Positions 36,995 to 47,262 of a DNA stretch of 64,000 bases are shown one piece after another; position 1 is the stretch's first letter, and the number at the start of each line of letters is the position of its first letter. Both the position numbers and the translations under genes were made by a program. The stretch covers positions 1 to 64,000 of the forward strand of contig JAFYGK010000012.1 of NCBI GenBank assembly GCA_017543285.1, given 5' to 3'. Origin of the DNA: Clostridia bacterium (GTDB lineage Bacteria; Bacillota; Clostridia; Oscillospirales; Acutalibacteraceae). Under the pieces are notes generated by a model that was not told the origin of the DNA, ran no database searches, and was given only the letters and a program-made list of their open reading frames with translations.

Positions 36995-37040
36995 AAACCG
37001 GGTCTGAAACGGATTTTAGTTTCAGACCCGGTTTATTATT
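36995..37040. terminator. Bidirectional Rho-independent terminator between ybaK and leuC
   Basis: aaaccgggtctgaaac-ggatttta-gtttcagacccggttt, flanked by A and T runs. Confidence 0.65.
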
Positions 37041-37061
37041 CGCTGAAGACTGTTTGAGGCG

Positions 37062-38318
37062 TCAGTCTGTTCCTCTGCCGCAATATCCGGTCAGCGCGCA
37101 TTCGGCTGCCGTTGCAGCAGACGCCAGATAGACTTCGCTTCCGACCTCGCCCATTCTTCCGACAAAATTCCTGTTTGTTGTGGATACACAGCGTTCTCCC
37201 TTTGCCAGAACGCCCATGTGTCCGCCGAGACAGGGCCCGCAGGTCGGAGTGGATACGGCGGCTCCCGCGTTTATGAATATATCTATCAGACCCTCATGCA
37301 GCGCGTCGAGGTATATTTTGCGCGTCGCGGGGAATATCAGACAGCGCACCGAATCGGCAATGCGTTTGCCGTTTAAAATTCCGGCGGCGGCTCTCAGATC
37401 GCTGAGGTACCCGTTTGTACATGAGCCGATGACGACCTGATCTATTTTGACCGGAGACATACTGTCAAGCTCGACGGTGTTTTCGGGGAGATGAGGCAGC
37501 GCGACCGTCTGCTTTAATTCTGACAGGTCGATAACGATCTCCTGACAGTAGCGGGCGTCTTCGTCTGCGGCGTATACGACCGGCTTTCTATGCCCGTGCG
37601 ATGAGCAGAATTCCAGAGTTTTTTCATCAACCGGGAAAATGCCGTTTTTTGCTCCCGCCTCTATGGCCATATTGCATATGCAGAAGCGGTCGTCCATAGA
37701 AAGGCTGCCGACACCCTCGCCGCAAAACTCCAGCGACTTATACAGGGCGCCGTCGACGCCGAGCAGGCCGATGAGATGAAGTATTACGTCCTTGCCGCTG
37801 ACGGGCGGCTTGCAGGAGCCCTTCAAAACGACCTTTATCGCATCGGGGACCTTGAACCAGCTTTGACCGGTGACCATTGCGGCGGCGAGATCGGTCGAGC
37901 CTACTCCGGTGGAAAAAGCTCCGAGCGCGCCGTAGGTGCAGGTGTGTGAATCGGCGCCTATGACGAGATCGCCGGCGCAGACAAGTCCCTGCTCGGGCAA
38001 AAGGGCATGCTCTATGCCTGCCCTTCCCACGTCGAAAAAGTTGGTTATTTCGTATTTATTGGCAAAATCGCGTACCCTTCTGCAAAGCTGCGCCGATTTT
38101 ATATCCTTGCAGGGCGCGAAATGATCCAGCACAAGCGCAATTTTATCCCTGTTGAAAACCCGGTCTGCGCCGGTTTTCTCAAACTGCTCGATGGAGACCG
38201 GCGCCGTTATGTCGTTGGCGAGGGTCATATCCAGCTTTGCCATGACGAGCTGTCCGGGCTTCACGAAATCAAGCCCTGCGTGAAAAGCGAGAATCTTTTG
38301 CGACATTGTCATTGACAT
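37062..38318 (-). CDS. leuC: 3-isopropylmalate/(R)-2-methylmalate dehydratase large subunit (aconitase family)
   Basis: 418 aa with the aconitase-family Fe-S cysteines (CTNG...GPCLGGH). Confidence 0.8.
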   Translation of the reverse strand: MSMTMSQKILAFHAGLDFVKPGQLVMAKLDMTLANDITAPVSIEQFEKTGADRVFNRDKIALVLDHFAPCKDIKSAQLCRRVRDFANKYEITNFFDVGRAGIEHALLPEQGLVCAGDLVIGADSHTCTYGALGAFSTGVGSTDLAAAMVTGQSWFKVPDAIKVVLKGSCKPPVSGKDVILHLIGLLGVDGALYKSLEFCGEGVGSLSMDDRFCICNMAIEAGAKNGIFPVDEKTLEFCSSHGHRKPVVYAADEDARYCQEIVIDLSELKQTVALPHLPENTVELDSMSPVKIDQVVIGSCTNGYLSDLRAAAGILNGKRIADSVRCLIFPATRKIYLDALHEGLIDIFINAGAAVSTPTCGPCLGGHMGVLAKGERCVSTTNRNFVGRMGEVGSEVYLASAATAAECALTGYCGRGTD

Positions 38319-38426
38319 ATCGTTTCACTCCTTATTGCGCTTTCCGTTTGCCGACGGTATGCCGACGCCCGGATCAATTATAAGCTGCTCCTATTTTGCG
38401 CGCCGCGTCTCCGGCGGAATAATTCT

Positions 38427-40001
38427 TCAGCGCCTCTGCTGTTCCTTGATCAGCTTGTATTCCAGAGAATCGACCAGCGCCTTCCAGCTGGCTTCGATAA
38501 CGTCCTGACCGGCTCCGACGGTAGACCAGCTGCGCTTTTCATCGGCGGACGTGATGAGTACCCTGACCCTTGCGGCGGTTGCCGCGCCGGAATCTATGAC
38601 TCGAACCTTATAGTCGACCAGACGCACGCATGACAGCGACGGATAAAAAATTTCAAGGGCTTCGCGCAGAGCAAGGTCAAGCGCGTTTACGGGACCGTCG
38701 CCCTCTGCGGCCGATATCTGGAGCCTTCCCCCAACCTTTATTTTTATGGTGGCCGTTGCGCAGTGCTCGGTTTCGCTCGGCTGCTCGTCAAGTATCTTGT
38801 AGCTGACCAGCTCGAAAAAGGGTGCCGCGATGCCCAGCATGCGCATGACCATAAGCTCAAACGAGGCCTCGGCGCTCTCAAATTTATAGCCTTCCTGCTC
38901 AAGCTGCTTGAGCCGGTCCAGGATGGCGGAAAGCTGAGGAGAATCCTTATCAAGCTCAGGCGAGATCATTCTCAGCTTGTACAGAACGGCGGCCCTGCCG
39001 GTATGCTCGCTGAGCAGTATGCGACGCTCGTTTCCGACCCTTTCCGGGTCGATATGTTCAAACGAAGCGTGACTGCGCAGCACGCCGTGCGCGTGGGTGC
39101 CGGCCTTGTGAGCGAATGCGCTCTTTCCGACGAAGGGCATTTCCGGGCGTAGCCTTATGTTGCATATTTCCGAAAGGGCGTTCGCGGTTTCGGTCAGGTG
39201 CTGCATTTTGTCGTCGGGAATGCATTTGTAACCGAGCTTGAGCTGCAAAACCGGGATAACGGCGCAAAGGGGAGTGTTGCCGCAGCGTTCCCCGATCCCT
39301 AAAAAGGTGCCCTGGACATGGCGCGCCCCGGCCTTAACGGCTGCTACGGTGTTCGCGACCGCCATGCCGCAGTCGTCGTGGCAGTGTATTCCTGTCACGG
39401 CGCTGCCGAAAATATCACATACGGTTTTTGTTGCGTCAAAAATCTCGTCCGGCATGCCGCCCCCGTTTGTATCGCACAGGGTGAGACATTCGCAGCCGGA
39501 ATCGAACGCCGCGCGCAGGGTTTCGAGGGCATATTCAGGATCCTCCCGGTATCCGTCAAAGAAATGCTCCGCGTCGAATATCACCCTCATGCCGTGCTCT
39601 TTAAGACAGGCGACGCTGTCGGAAATCATGCGCAGGTTTTCTTCCCTGGTAGTTTCAAGGATTTCCCTGACGTGAAAGACGGACGACTTGCCGAAGATGA
39701 CGGCGACATGGGCCTTTGAGGAAACGAGAGCCTTCAGCCCCTCATCGTCACAGGCGGCAGTATTTTTGCGGCAGGTTGCGCCGAATACCGCCGAAGCGGA
39801 GTTTTTGAATCCGGACTTTGCTGTTCGCCTGAAGTATTCCTCATTTTTGGGATTAAAGCCGGGACTTCCGTTTTCAATGAAGGCGACGCCGAGATCATCC
39901 AGCCTGCGCGCAATGGATATGCTGTCCTCCACGGAAAGGGAAATGCCCTCACGCTGCGCGCCGTCGCGCAGAGTTGTGTCCAGCACATATATCCTTCTCA
40001 A
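38427..40001 (-). CDS. cimA: (R)-citramalate synthase (CimA-type) / 2-isopropylmalate synthase family
   Basis: The N-terminus (DTTLRDGAQREGISLSVEDSISIARRLDDLGVAFIENGSPGFNPKNEEYF) matches CimA more closely than LeuA. A C-terminal LeuA-dimer regulatory domain is present. Confidence 0.75.
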   Translation of the reverse strand: MRRIYVLDTTLRDGAQREGISLSVEDSISIARRLDDLGVAFIENGSPGFNPKNEEYFRRTAKSGFKNSASAVFGATCRKNTAACDDEGLKALVSSKAHVAVIFGKSSVFHVREILETTREENLRMISDSVACLKEHGMRVIFDAEHFFDGYREDPEYALETLRAAFDSGCECLTLCDTNGGGMPDEIFDATKTVCDIFGSAVTGIHCHDDCGMAVANTVAAVKAGARHVQGTFLGIGERCGNTPLCAVIPVLQLKLGYKCIPDDKMQHLTETANALSEICNIRLRPEMPFVGKSAFAHKAGTHAHGVLRSHASFEHIDPERVGNERRILLSEHTGRAAVLYKLRMISPELDKDSPQLSAILDRLKQLEQEGYKFESAEASFELMVMRMLGIAAPFFELVSYKILDEQPSETEHCATATIKIKVGGRLQISAAEGDGPVNALDLALREALEIFYPSLSCVRLVDYKVRVIDSGAATAARVRVLITSADEKRSWSTVGAGQDVIEASWKALVDSLEYKLIKEQQRR

Positions 40002-40359
40002 GCTATCGCCTCCTTTTGATATTCATAATACATCATTCTAAATATAGTACATTGAAGGCAAAAAGTCAAGATGCCGACCGCCGCGCGCCGGAAAGCGTAT
40101 TATTGCAAAATGGCAGGATCATGCCTTCCGGTACGGCAAACCGTCCGGCATAAATGCAAAGATGACCGTATGAACGCTTTACATCCGGATCGTCAAAGAA
40201 CCGTGTTCTGCCTTATGCCGCAAAGCCGCAGTCTTCCAAAATCTGATTGACAAATCAGCATAATAATTGTATAGTTATCTTAGTATAATAACCCGTATAA
40301 AGCAAAGCTGAGTTCGACAAACGAATTTGCGCTGCAATAAAGAAAGGAAGCTGTTGACC

Positions 40360-42069
40360 ATGACTGACAGAGAATTATATGAAATCTGGTGCAAAAAAGC
40401 CACCGACGATCCCGACCTTGTCGCAGACCTGAAGGAGATCGAAAACAACGATACCGAAATAAAGAACCGGTTTTTTGCCGATATTCAGTTCGGCACCGCC
40501 GGACTTCGCGGAATACTGGGCGCAGGCTCGTATTATATGAACATATACACCGTCCGCTGGGCAACGCAGGGTCTTTCCGAATACCTCAACGAAAATTACG
40601 AAAATCCCGCTGTCGCCATCGGCTACGATTCGCGCCACAAATCCCGTGAGTTTTCCGTCGAGGCGGCAAGAGTCCTGGCGGCGAACGGCATAAAGACCTA
40701 TATCTATCCCGAGCTTGTGCCGACGCCCATGGTTTCCTTCGCGATCAGACATCTCGGCTGCAAAGCCGGCATCATGGTCACTGCTTCGCACAATCCGGCA
40801 AAATACAACGGCTACAAGTGCTACGGCTGGGACGGATGCCAGATGACCAGCGAGGGAGCGGACGCGGTTTACAACAAGATGAAGGGGATCGACTGCTTTG
40901 ACGGCGTCAAGCTGTGCGATTTTGACGAAGCTCTTGTGAGCGGCAGAATAGAGTGGATAAACAACGATGTTTTCGTAAGCTACTATGAGAATGTTATGGC
41001 GCAGGCGATAAACCCCGGCGCAATAGCGGAATCCGATCTTTCCATCATCTACACCCCCCTCAACGGTGCGGGCAACCGTCCTGTCCGCGAGGTGCTGAGG
41101 CTTTGCGGACTCAAAAACATCGCTGTTGTTGCCGAGCAGGAAAAGCCGGACGGCGATTTCCCGACGACCCCGTTCCCCAATCCCGAAAAGCCTCAGTGCT
41201 TTGAGATAGCCAGAGAGATGGCAAAGACAATAAAGCCCGATCTGCTCATGGGCACAGACCCCGACAGCGACAGAATAGGCATCGAGGTCAACCAGAACGG
41301 CGAATTTGTCCACATGACCGGAAACGAGGTCGGCGCGCTGCTGCTCAATTATATCATCAACGCGAGACTTGCCAACGGCACTATGCCCAAGGATCCTGTA
41401 GCCGTCAAGACCATTGTCACCACCAACATAGCCGACGCCATCTGCAAAAAGTACGGCGTTCAGCTGCGTCAGGTGCTGACCGGCTTCAAATATATAGGCG
41501 AGCAGATCCTGCATCTTGAGCAGCAGGGTCAGACCGAGAGATACCTCTTAGGTTTTGAGGAGAGCTACGGCTATCTGGCAGGCAGCTATGTGCGAGACAA
41601 GGATGCAGTTGTCGCCGCAATGCTAATTTCCGAAATGGCAGGCTACTACAAGATAAAGGGTAGGACTCTTGTTGACGTCATGAACGAGCTTTATAACGAG
41701 TTCGGCTACTACTACAATGCCGTAACCGAAATAGTCAAAGAGGGCGCGGACGGCATGGCGCAGCTGGCCGGAATCATGGCTTCGCTGAGAGATAACGCCC
41801 CAAGCGAGATAGCCGGTTACAAGGTACTGTCGGTTTCCGATTACAAGCTCAGTGAAAAGACCGATGTCGCGACGGGCGAAAAGACGGTCATAGATCTGCC
41901 TAAGTCGGACGTTCTGGCATACGACCTTGAAGGCGGAAACCAGGTTATAGCGAGACCGTCCGGCACGGAACCCAAGCTCAAGGCCTACTACACCTCCAAG
42001 GGTACCGACCGCGAAAACGCCGTAGACATCCAGAAGTCTCTGGCGGAGGATTTTTCAAAGCTGCTGTAA
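40360..42069 (+). CDS. Phospho-sugar mutase (phosphoglucomutase/phosphomannomutase family)
   Basis: Active-site TASHNPAKYNGYK plus sugar-binding blocks. Start at the ATG 8 nt after RBS aaaggaag. Confidence 0.85.
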   Translation: MTDRELYEIWCKKATDDPDLVADLKEIENNDTEIKNRFFADIQFGTAGLRGILGAGSYYMNIYTVRWATQGLSEYLNENYENPAVAIGYDSRHKSREFSVEAARVLAANGIKTYIYPELVPTPMVSFAIRHLGCKAGIMVTASHNPAKYNGYKCYGWDGCQMTSEGADAVYNKMKGIDCFDGVKLCDFDEALVSGRIEWINNDVFVSYYENVMAQAINPGAIAESDLSIIYTPLNGAGNRPVREVLRLCGLKNIAVVAEQEKPDGDFPTTPFPNPEKPQCFEIAREMAKTIKPDLLMGTDPDSDRIGIEVNQNGEFVHMTGNEVGALLLNYIINARLANGTMPKDPVAVKTIVTTNIADAICKKYGVQLRQVLTGFKYIGEQILHLEQQGQTERYLLGFEESYGYLAGSYVRDKDAVVAAMLISEMAGYYKIKGRTLVDVMNELYNEFGYYYNAVTEIVKEGADGMAQLAGIMASLRDNAPSEIAGYKVLSVSDYKLSEKTDVATGEKTVIDLPKSDVLAYDLEGGNQVIARPSGTEPKLKAYYTSKGTDRENAVDIQKSLAEDFSKLL

Positions 42070-42114
42070 GGACAAAATCTGACCGGGCCCGGTCTCATAT
42101 CAATCAATAATTTT

Positions 42115-42146
42115 AAATAACGCCGGCAGCGCCGGCGTTATTTTAT
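42115..42146 (+). terminator. Rho-independent terminator after the phospho-sugar mutase gene
   Basis: aaataacgccggc-agc-gccggcgttatttt. Confidence 0.6.
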
Positions 42147-42174
42147 TGACAGCGCTGCAAAAAACCATTATAAT
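42146..42174 (+). promoter_or_regulatory. Consensus sigma-A promoter (TTGACA-N17-TATAAT)
   Basis: Perfect hexamers seen directly, ahead of the lipoprotein gene at 42234. Confidence 0.5.
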
Positions 42175-42233
42175 ATTATCCGTATTCTTTAATTACTGGA
42201 AATTACGGTTTATTTATCGCGGAGGTATATAGC

Positions 42234-42791
42234 ATGAAAAGATTTACTGCTTTACTGCTCACTGTTTTAGCTGTTATCGCACTTCTAACCGGCTGTTCTT
42301 CCAAAAGGCCGGCTTTTGTGGGAATGGCACTGTCCGATTACAGTGATAAAAACACGGCCGCAGTATATGACGAGTTCAAAAAGCTGGTTGAAAACGAGGA
42401 CAACGCCAAGGCGCTCAACAGCATAGCGATTTTCCCCAAGTTTAACGACGGCAAGGGCGACAATGCCATCCAGAGCGATCAGCTCGACGTTATTATAGAG
42501 CAAAAGCCCGACGTCCTTTGCATAGATTTTATCGATCCTTCCTCGGCTGAAAAGTATTTGTCCGCAGCGGCCGAAAAGGAGATCCCCGTCATTCTCTTCG
42601 GCAGCGCGCCATCCTCCGATATTGTCAATAAATACGACGGAGTCATCCTCATCGCGAACGATAAGAGCGATTCCGCAAAAATTGCAAAGGCCATTTATGA
42701 TATTTGCGCCAACCTCGGAGATAAAAAAGAAGCCCTCGATTCGACGGGTTACTCCTTCGAGAGCGACGGACATACGCTGAAAATAGCGTAG
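42234..42791 (+). CDS. Hypothetical lipoprotein
   Basis: Lipobox (LLTGCSS). No known domain. Confidence 0.5.
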   Translation: MKRFTALLLTVLAVIALLTGCSSKRPAFVGMALSDYSDKNTAAVYDEFKKLVENEDNAKALNSIAIFPKFNDGKGDNAIQSDQLDVIIEQKPDVLCIDFIDPSSAEKYLSAAAEKEIPVILFGSAPSSDIVNKYDGVILIANDKSDSAKIAKAIYDICANLGDKKEALDSTGYSFESDGHTLKIA

Positions 42792-42891
42792 TTTAAAGTA
42801 CAGTTTTTTAAGGAGCCGCTTGCGCGGCTCCTTTTTTGCGGCCTTTCGGAAGGACGGAAAAAGCGGCTCATTGACATGAGCCGCTTTTGCA

Positions 42892-43752
42892 TTAACTGCC
42901 ATAAAGCGTATTGGATATGAATTGCAGCGTACCGTTGTTGTCGGTGAATTTTACTATGCTTATCGTGTCGTCGCCTTGCTCCACCTTGAGATTCTGCCCG
43001 GGGTATCCGTCGTCGCACTGATAGATAAGGGTTATTACGCCGTCCTCGTCGATGCTGCCCGACAAGACCGAGATTTCTCTCATATTCGTGTCGCCGTGCC
43101 AAATGTAATAGGAATCGAACTCCTTGCAGTAGAACATCTTGTCGACGCCTTTTTTCTTGGTCTTGCTGAGTTTCATGCCGATCTTCTTTTTGAGGAATTT
43201 GTCAATGTCCTTTGCTTTCAGCTTGGTCGTGTGGGTGTATTCAAAATTACCCTCATCAACTCCGTAGACGTCGATCAGTTTCTGACGCTCGCTGTCGCTG
43301 ACGTCGGATTCGATTCCCGCGCCGACATAGAGCACCATATAAAGGTCGATGTCGGTAGGCTTGTTGTAAATGCAGGTCAGGAACGAATTGTTATAATCCT
43401 TGTTGCTCGGACTGAGCATTTCCTCATATTTTGTTACATCCTCCCATGCGAGGGGCCCCGCCTTGTATTTTGGCTTGCTCGAGGATTCCTCCGGCTTGCT
43501 CGAAGGCTCCTCCGACGAAGGCTCCGACGAAGGCTCGGACGAAGGCTCGGACGAAGGTTCGCTCGAAGACGCGGGCGACGGCTCCTCCGACGAAGGCTCG
43601 GAAGAGGGCTCTTCGGACGGCCCTGCTTCGCTGGACGGCTCAGGCCTGCTTCTGAGCAGATCGCTCAGATTGATACGGCAGCCCGAAAGGCTGGCAACGA
43701 CAAGAGCGACGCACAAAAACGCCGCTATTGCGGAAAAAAATCTTTTTTTCAT
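42892..43752 (-). CDS. Hypothetical lipoprotein with (EPSS)n Ser/Glu/Pro-rich linker
   Basis: Start set at MKKRFFSAIAAFLCVALVVASLSGC (lipobox). A ~60 aa EPSSEPSS repeat linker precedes a ~200 aa unknown domain. Confidence 0.5.
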   Translation of the reverse strand: MKKRFFSAIAAFLCVALVVASLSGCRINLSDLLRSRPEPSSEAGPSEEPSSEPSSEEPSPASSSEPSSEPSSEPSSEPSSEEPSSKPEESSSKPKYKAGPLAWEDVTKYEEMLSPSNKDYNNSFLTCIYNKPTDIDLYMVLYVGAGIESDVSDSERQKLIDVYGVDEGNFEYTHTTKLKAKDIDKFLKKKIGMKLSKTKKKGVDKMFYCKEFDSYYIWHGDTNMREISVLSGSIDEDGVITLIYQCDDGYPGQNLKVEQGDDTISIVKFTDNNGTLQFISNTLYGS

Positions 43753-43904
43753 ATCCGGTTTCCCCTTTGCTAAAATCTGACCGTTTTCCGATCCTATTTG
43801 ATTGTAGCATAGTTTACAGTTTTTTTCAAGATAAAACGGTACAAATATAACATATTTACCGCGGATTTTTTGGGGGTGGATTTTTGTTCGGCAACGAGCG
43901 TAGT

Positions 43905-44348
43905 TCAGCAGCATCCGAAGCTGTGCTTCATGTCAAACGACATGGGCTGACGGTCGAGATGCCCGTCAAAATATCTTTCGCCGCTTTTGGAAAAGCCGAG
44001 CCCCTCGTAAAAACCGACGGCGTCAATTTCGGACATTACCGAAATGGACGAAACGCCCATTTTGCGGCATTTGTCTACGGCATAGAGCACCATTGCTCTG
44101 CCGAGTCCTTCGCCGCGTCTGTCTCTTTTGACGCATATCCTGCCTATGACGCTGTCGGCACCCTCGGTGACAATGCGCGCGGCGGCGACCGTTTCGCCCG
44201 ATATAATCATGTAAAGATGTACGGCATTTTCGTCCTTTTGATCAAATTCCAGATCCTCCGGATAGCCCTGCTCATCGCAGAATACTTCCTTTCTCAGCGC
44301 GAAAACCTCCTTTAAGGCCTCGCCCCCGGCTATTTTCATTTCAATCAT
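43905..44348 (-). CDS. GNAT family N-acetyltransferase
   Basis: 147 aa containing the RRGEGLGRAMV acetyl-CoA motif. Confidence 0.75.
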   Translation of the reverse strand: MIEMKIAGGEALKEVFALRKEVFCDEQGYPEDLEFDQKDENAVHLYMIISGETVAAARIVTEGADSVIGRICVKRDRRGEGLGRAMVLYAVDKCRKMGVSSISVMSEIDAVGFYEGLGFSKSGERYFDGHLDRQPMSFDMKHSFGCC

Positions 44349-44418
44349 TATGTCGTTCCTCCGCGTTACTTTTTAAATCCCGGCGCCGTTTTTGCTGCGG
44401 CGCCGGGATATTTCCGGT

Positions 44419-46035
44419 TTATATTTCCTCCATGTTCAGGGCGATGTTGCACGCGTGGTCCGCAACTCTTTCGAGATTGATAAGCAGGTCTACAAAAACC
44501 ACACCCTGCTCGGGAGAGCATTTTCCCTTTGCAAGACGCTCGACGTGATTGTCTCTGAATTCTCTTGTCAGGTCGTCGATGTTCTGCTCGGTGATCCTTA
44601 TTCTGAAATCAAGCTCCTTGTCGAAGGTCTGACTGCGCAGCACGATAAGCGATTCATCAAACAAAAACTCGATCTTTTCCACCAGACGGCTAAGCTCTTC
44701 GTTTGCCGACGGAGAAAATGTCAGGTTGCCGGCCTGCATCTTCTGCATTGCCTCAACCACGTTTTCGGCGTGATCCCCAACGCGCTCGAGGTCGTTGACG
44801 ACGTGCAGATATTTGCTGATCAGCCGTGAGTCCCTTGCCGACAGCTCGCACGCCGACAGCCTTATCATATATTTCGTAAGTTCGTTTTCGATGTAGTCTA
44901 TCGTATTTTCGTTGTTGAGGACCACGTCTATACTGTCTTTGGTGTTTTTCAGCATAACGTCGAAGGCGTCATGAATCGTATTTCTTGCCAGCACGCCCAG
45001 GCGCTCGACCTCTTTTTTGACATAGCCGACGGCGATAGGAGGAGTTCTGAGAAGACGCTCGTCGATATATTTCATCTTCATATCCTCCGACTTCTTGTCT
45101 TCGCCGGGGATTATGAGATAAGTCAGCTTCGCAAGAGGAGTGCCGAGCGGCAGCAGCACAAGGGTCGTGGCGACATTGAAAATGGTATGCGCGTTTGCTA
45201 TCTGGCGCTCGATCGAGCCGCTGAATGAGGCTATCCAGTCGGTATATGGCAGGAACATGACTATCGGGATGAAGATTGCCGTACCGATCAGGTTGAAAAG
45301 CAGATGGACCACAGCCGTTCTTCTCGCCGCCTTCGAAGCGCCGATGGAAGCGACTATGGTTGTAAGACATGTGCCTATATTCATACCCAGAAGGATATAT
45401 ATCGCGTTGTCTAGGGTCGTCAGCGAGCCTGCGCTCGCCAGAGCTATAAGGATACCGGTCACGGCCGCCGAGCTTTGGAGCACGACGGTAAAGACGATAC
45501 CGAAAACGATGCCCAGCAGCGGATTGGAGAAGGACATCAGCAGGTTTTTGAATTCCGGGATATCTCCGAGCGGACTCATGGCGGTGCTCATTGTGGACAG
45601 ACCGACAAAAAGCATACCGAGGCCGGTGATTATCTGGCCCCATTGCTTGATTATGGTCTTCTTGACGAACAGTGTCAGGAATACGCCGATGCCTATGAAA
45701 ATCGGAGCGATGGCGCTCATTTTGAATGTAATGAGCTGACCGGTTATCGTTGTACCGATATTGGCGCCCATAATGATGCCGATGGCCTGTGAAAGGTTTA
45801 TAAGACCGGCGTTGACGAAGCCGACCGTCATAACGCAGGTCGTGGCGGAGGATTGGATGAGCGCCGTAACGACGATACCGGCCAAAGCGGCAAGTACCCT
45901 GTTTTTGGTAAGCACGCCCAGGACCCTTTTCATTTTGGAACCGGCGACAAGTTCAAGACCGTCGCTCAGCAGCTTCATGCCGAACAGGAATAATCCCATT
46001 CCTCCCAAAAGACCGAAAATATTTGTAATATCCAT
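44419..46035 (-). CDS. Na/Pi cotransporter family protein (NptA-like) with C-terminal PhoU-like domain
   Basis: An N-terminal polytopic Na_Pi_cotrans repeat followed by C-terminal PhoU-like helices. Start at MDITNIF. Confidence 0.85.
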   Translation of the reverse strand: MDITNIFGLLGGMGLFLFGMKLLSDGLELVAGSKMKRVLGVLTKNRVLAALAGIVVTALIQSSATTCVMTVGFVNAGLINLSQAIGIIMGANIGTTITGQLITFKMSAIAPIFIGIGVFLTLFVKKTIIKQWGQIITGLGMLFVGLSTMSTAMSPLGDIPEFKNLLMSFSNPLLGIVFGIVFTVVLQSSAAVTGILIALASAGSLTTLDNAIYILLGMNIGTCLTTIVASIGASKAARRTAVVHLLFNLIGTAIFIPIVMFLPYTDWIASFSGSIERQIANAHTIFNVATTLVLLPLGTPLAKLTYLIIPGEDKKSEDMKMKYIDERLLRTPPIAVGYVKKEVERLGVLARNTIHDAFDVMLKNTKDSIDVVLNNENTIDYIENELTKYMIRLSACELSARDSRLISKYLHVVNDLERVGDHAENVVEAMQKMQAGNLTFSPSANEELSRLVEKIEFLFDESLIVLRSQTFDKELDFRIRITEQNIDDLTREFRDNHVERLAKGKCSPEQGVVFVDLLINLERVADHACNIALNMEEI

Positions 46036-46470
46036 GCTCTTTCTCCGTGTTTGCGGTGATTGGCAACCGTCCGGGAAAACCGGCAAACGGTTATCAGCAT
46101 TAAACGCTCTCCGCGGAACATGTCCGCAAAAACTTTCATGCGACGGTACTGCTTTACATACCGACATAATCAAATTAATTCTACACAATATCTGTCAAAA
46201 TTTCAACAGATATCGGTCAAATTAAGGTGAATTTTGCGCACGAAGAGCATAATGCCGTTTCCCGCCGGCAATCGGAAGGCAAAGCGCCTGAGCCGCCGCC
46301 GTTCCTTCAAAAAATCGCAAAAATATTTGCCAAAACTATTTTACAAAACCACTCCCGTATTGTATAATACATTATGTATAGGTATAGCTATATTACATTC
46401 GGATAATAAAACCCGATTGATTCATAATCCGTAAATTTGGCTTTTGCGCCTGAAAAAATGATTCGGAGGG

Positions 46471-47175
46471 ATGAAAATGGCAAGGAAAAACAGAGTAAAG
46501 GTAAATATAGAGGGCGCGGTTTTCTGGGTCGTGACCGAGCTTTCCGAGGCGGAGATAGCTTCGCTGAGCAACGAGGTAAGGGAACATATCGAAAGGATGA
46601 AGCGCCTGACTCCCGGCACAAGCGACTATATGGCGGCGGTCATGACCGCGCTGAGCTACTGCCAGAATATGCGGTATACAATGAAGGATTCCTCCGACGC
46701 GAATGAGCAGATAAGCGTTTATACCGAGCGCATACGTATTGCCAGAGAGGAAGTGGACAAGGCGCGCGCCGAGCTGATTATTTCTCAGGAAAAGCTCAAT
46801 TCCGCCAACCGCAGAAATACCCAGCTTCAGAACGACGTGGATACCGCGCGCAGCGAAGCGGCCCACCTCAGGGATCAGCTCGAGGACGTTACGCTGGAGC
46901 TTGAGATATTCAAAGAAGAACAGATTGAAAAACAGGTCAAAATGATGGGCGCCGCGAGCAGTGAGGTGCAGAATGCCTCAAAGAAAATAGATGAACTGTC
47001 GTCTTTGCTTGTCGCCAAGACCGAGCAGCTTGAATCGGTATCGGCGCAAAACGATCAGGCGCAGACCGAGCTGACCCGCAGCCACGAAACGATTGACGAG
47101 CTGACCCGCAGGGTAGAGGAGCTGCAGACCGAGCTGGATTCGATAAAGAAAAAGAAATATTTGTTTAAGAGATGA
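46471..47175 (+). CDS. zapA: Cell division protein ZapA-like (ZapA domain + long coiled coil)
   Basis: N-terminal ZapA-like domain (VKVNIEGAVFWVVTELSEAE...) followed by ~150 aa of coiled coil. Confidence 0.55.
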   Translation: MKMARKNRVKVNIEGAVFWVVTELSEAEIASLSNEVREHIERMKRLTPGTSDYMAAVMTALSYCQNMRYTMKDSSDANEQISVYTERIRIAREEVDKARAELIISQEKLNSANRRNTQLQNDVDTARSEAAHLRDQLEDVTLELEIFKEEQIEKQVKMMGAASSEVQNASKKIDELSSLLVAKTEQLESVSAQNDQAQTELTRSHETIDELTRRVEELQTELDSIKKKKYLFKR

Positions 47176-47262
47176 CGCCGGCGCATTGGCCGCCTGCGGT
47201 CGGCACCGGTGCATATGACGGTCCCGAACCCCTCACTATGAACTAAAACCGGAGGTTTTTCT

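Noticed and set aside
40375-41514. 379 aa minus-strand ORF antisense to the phospho-sugar mutase gene
   Set aside because: It is a shadow ORF opposite a high-confidence CDS.
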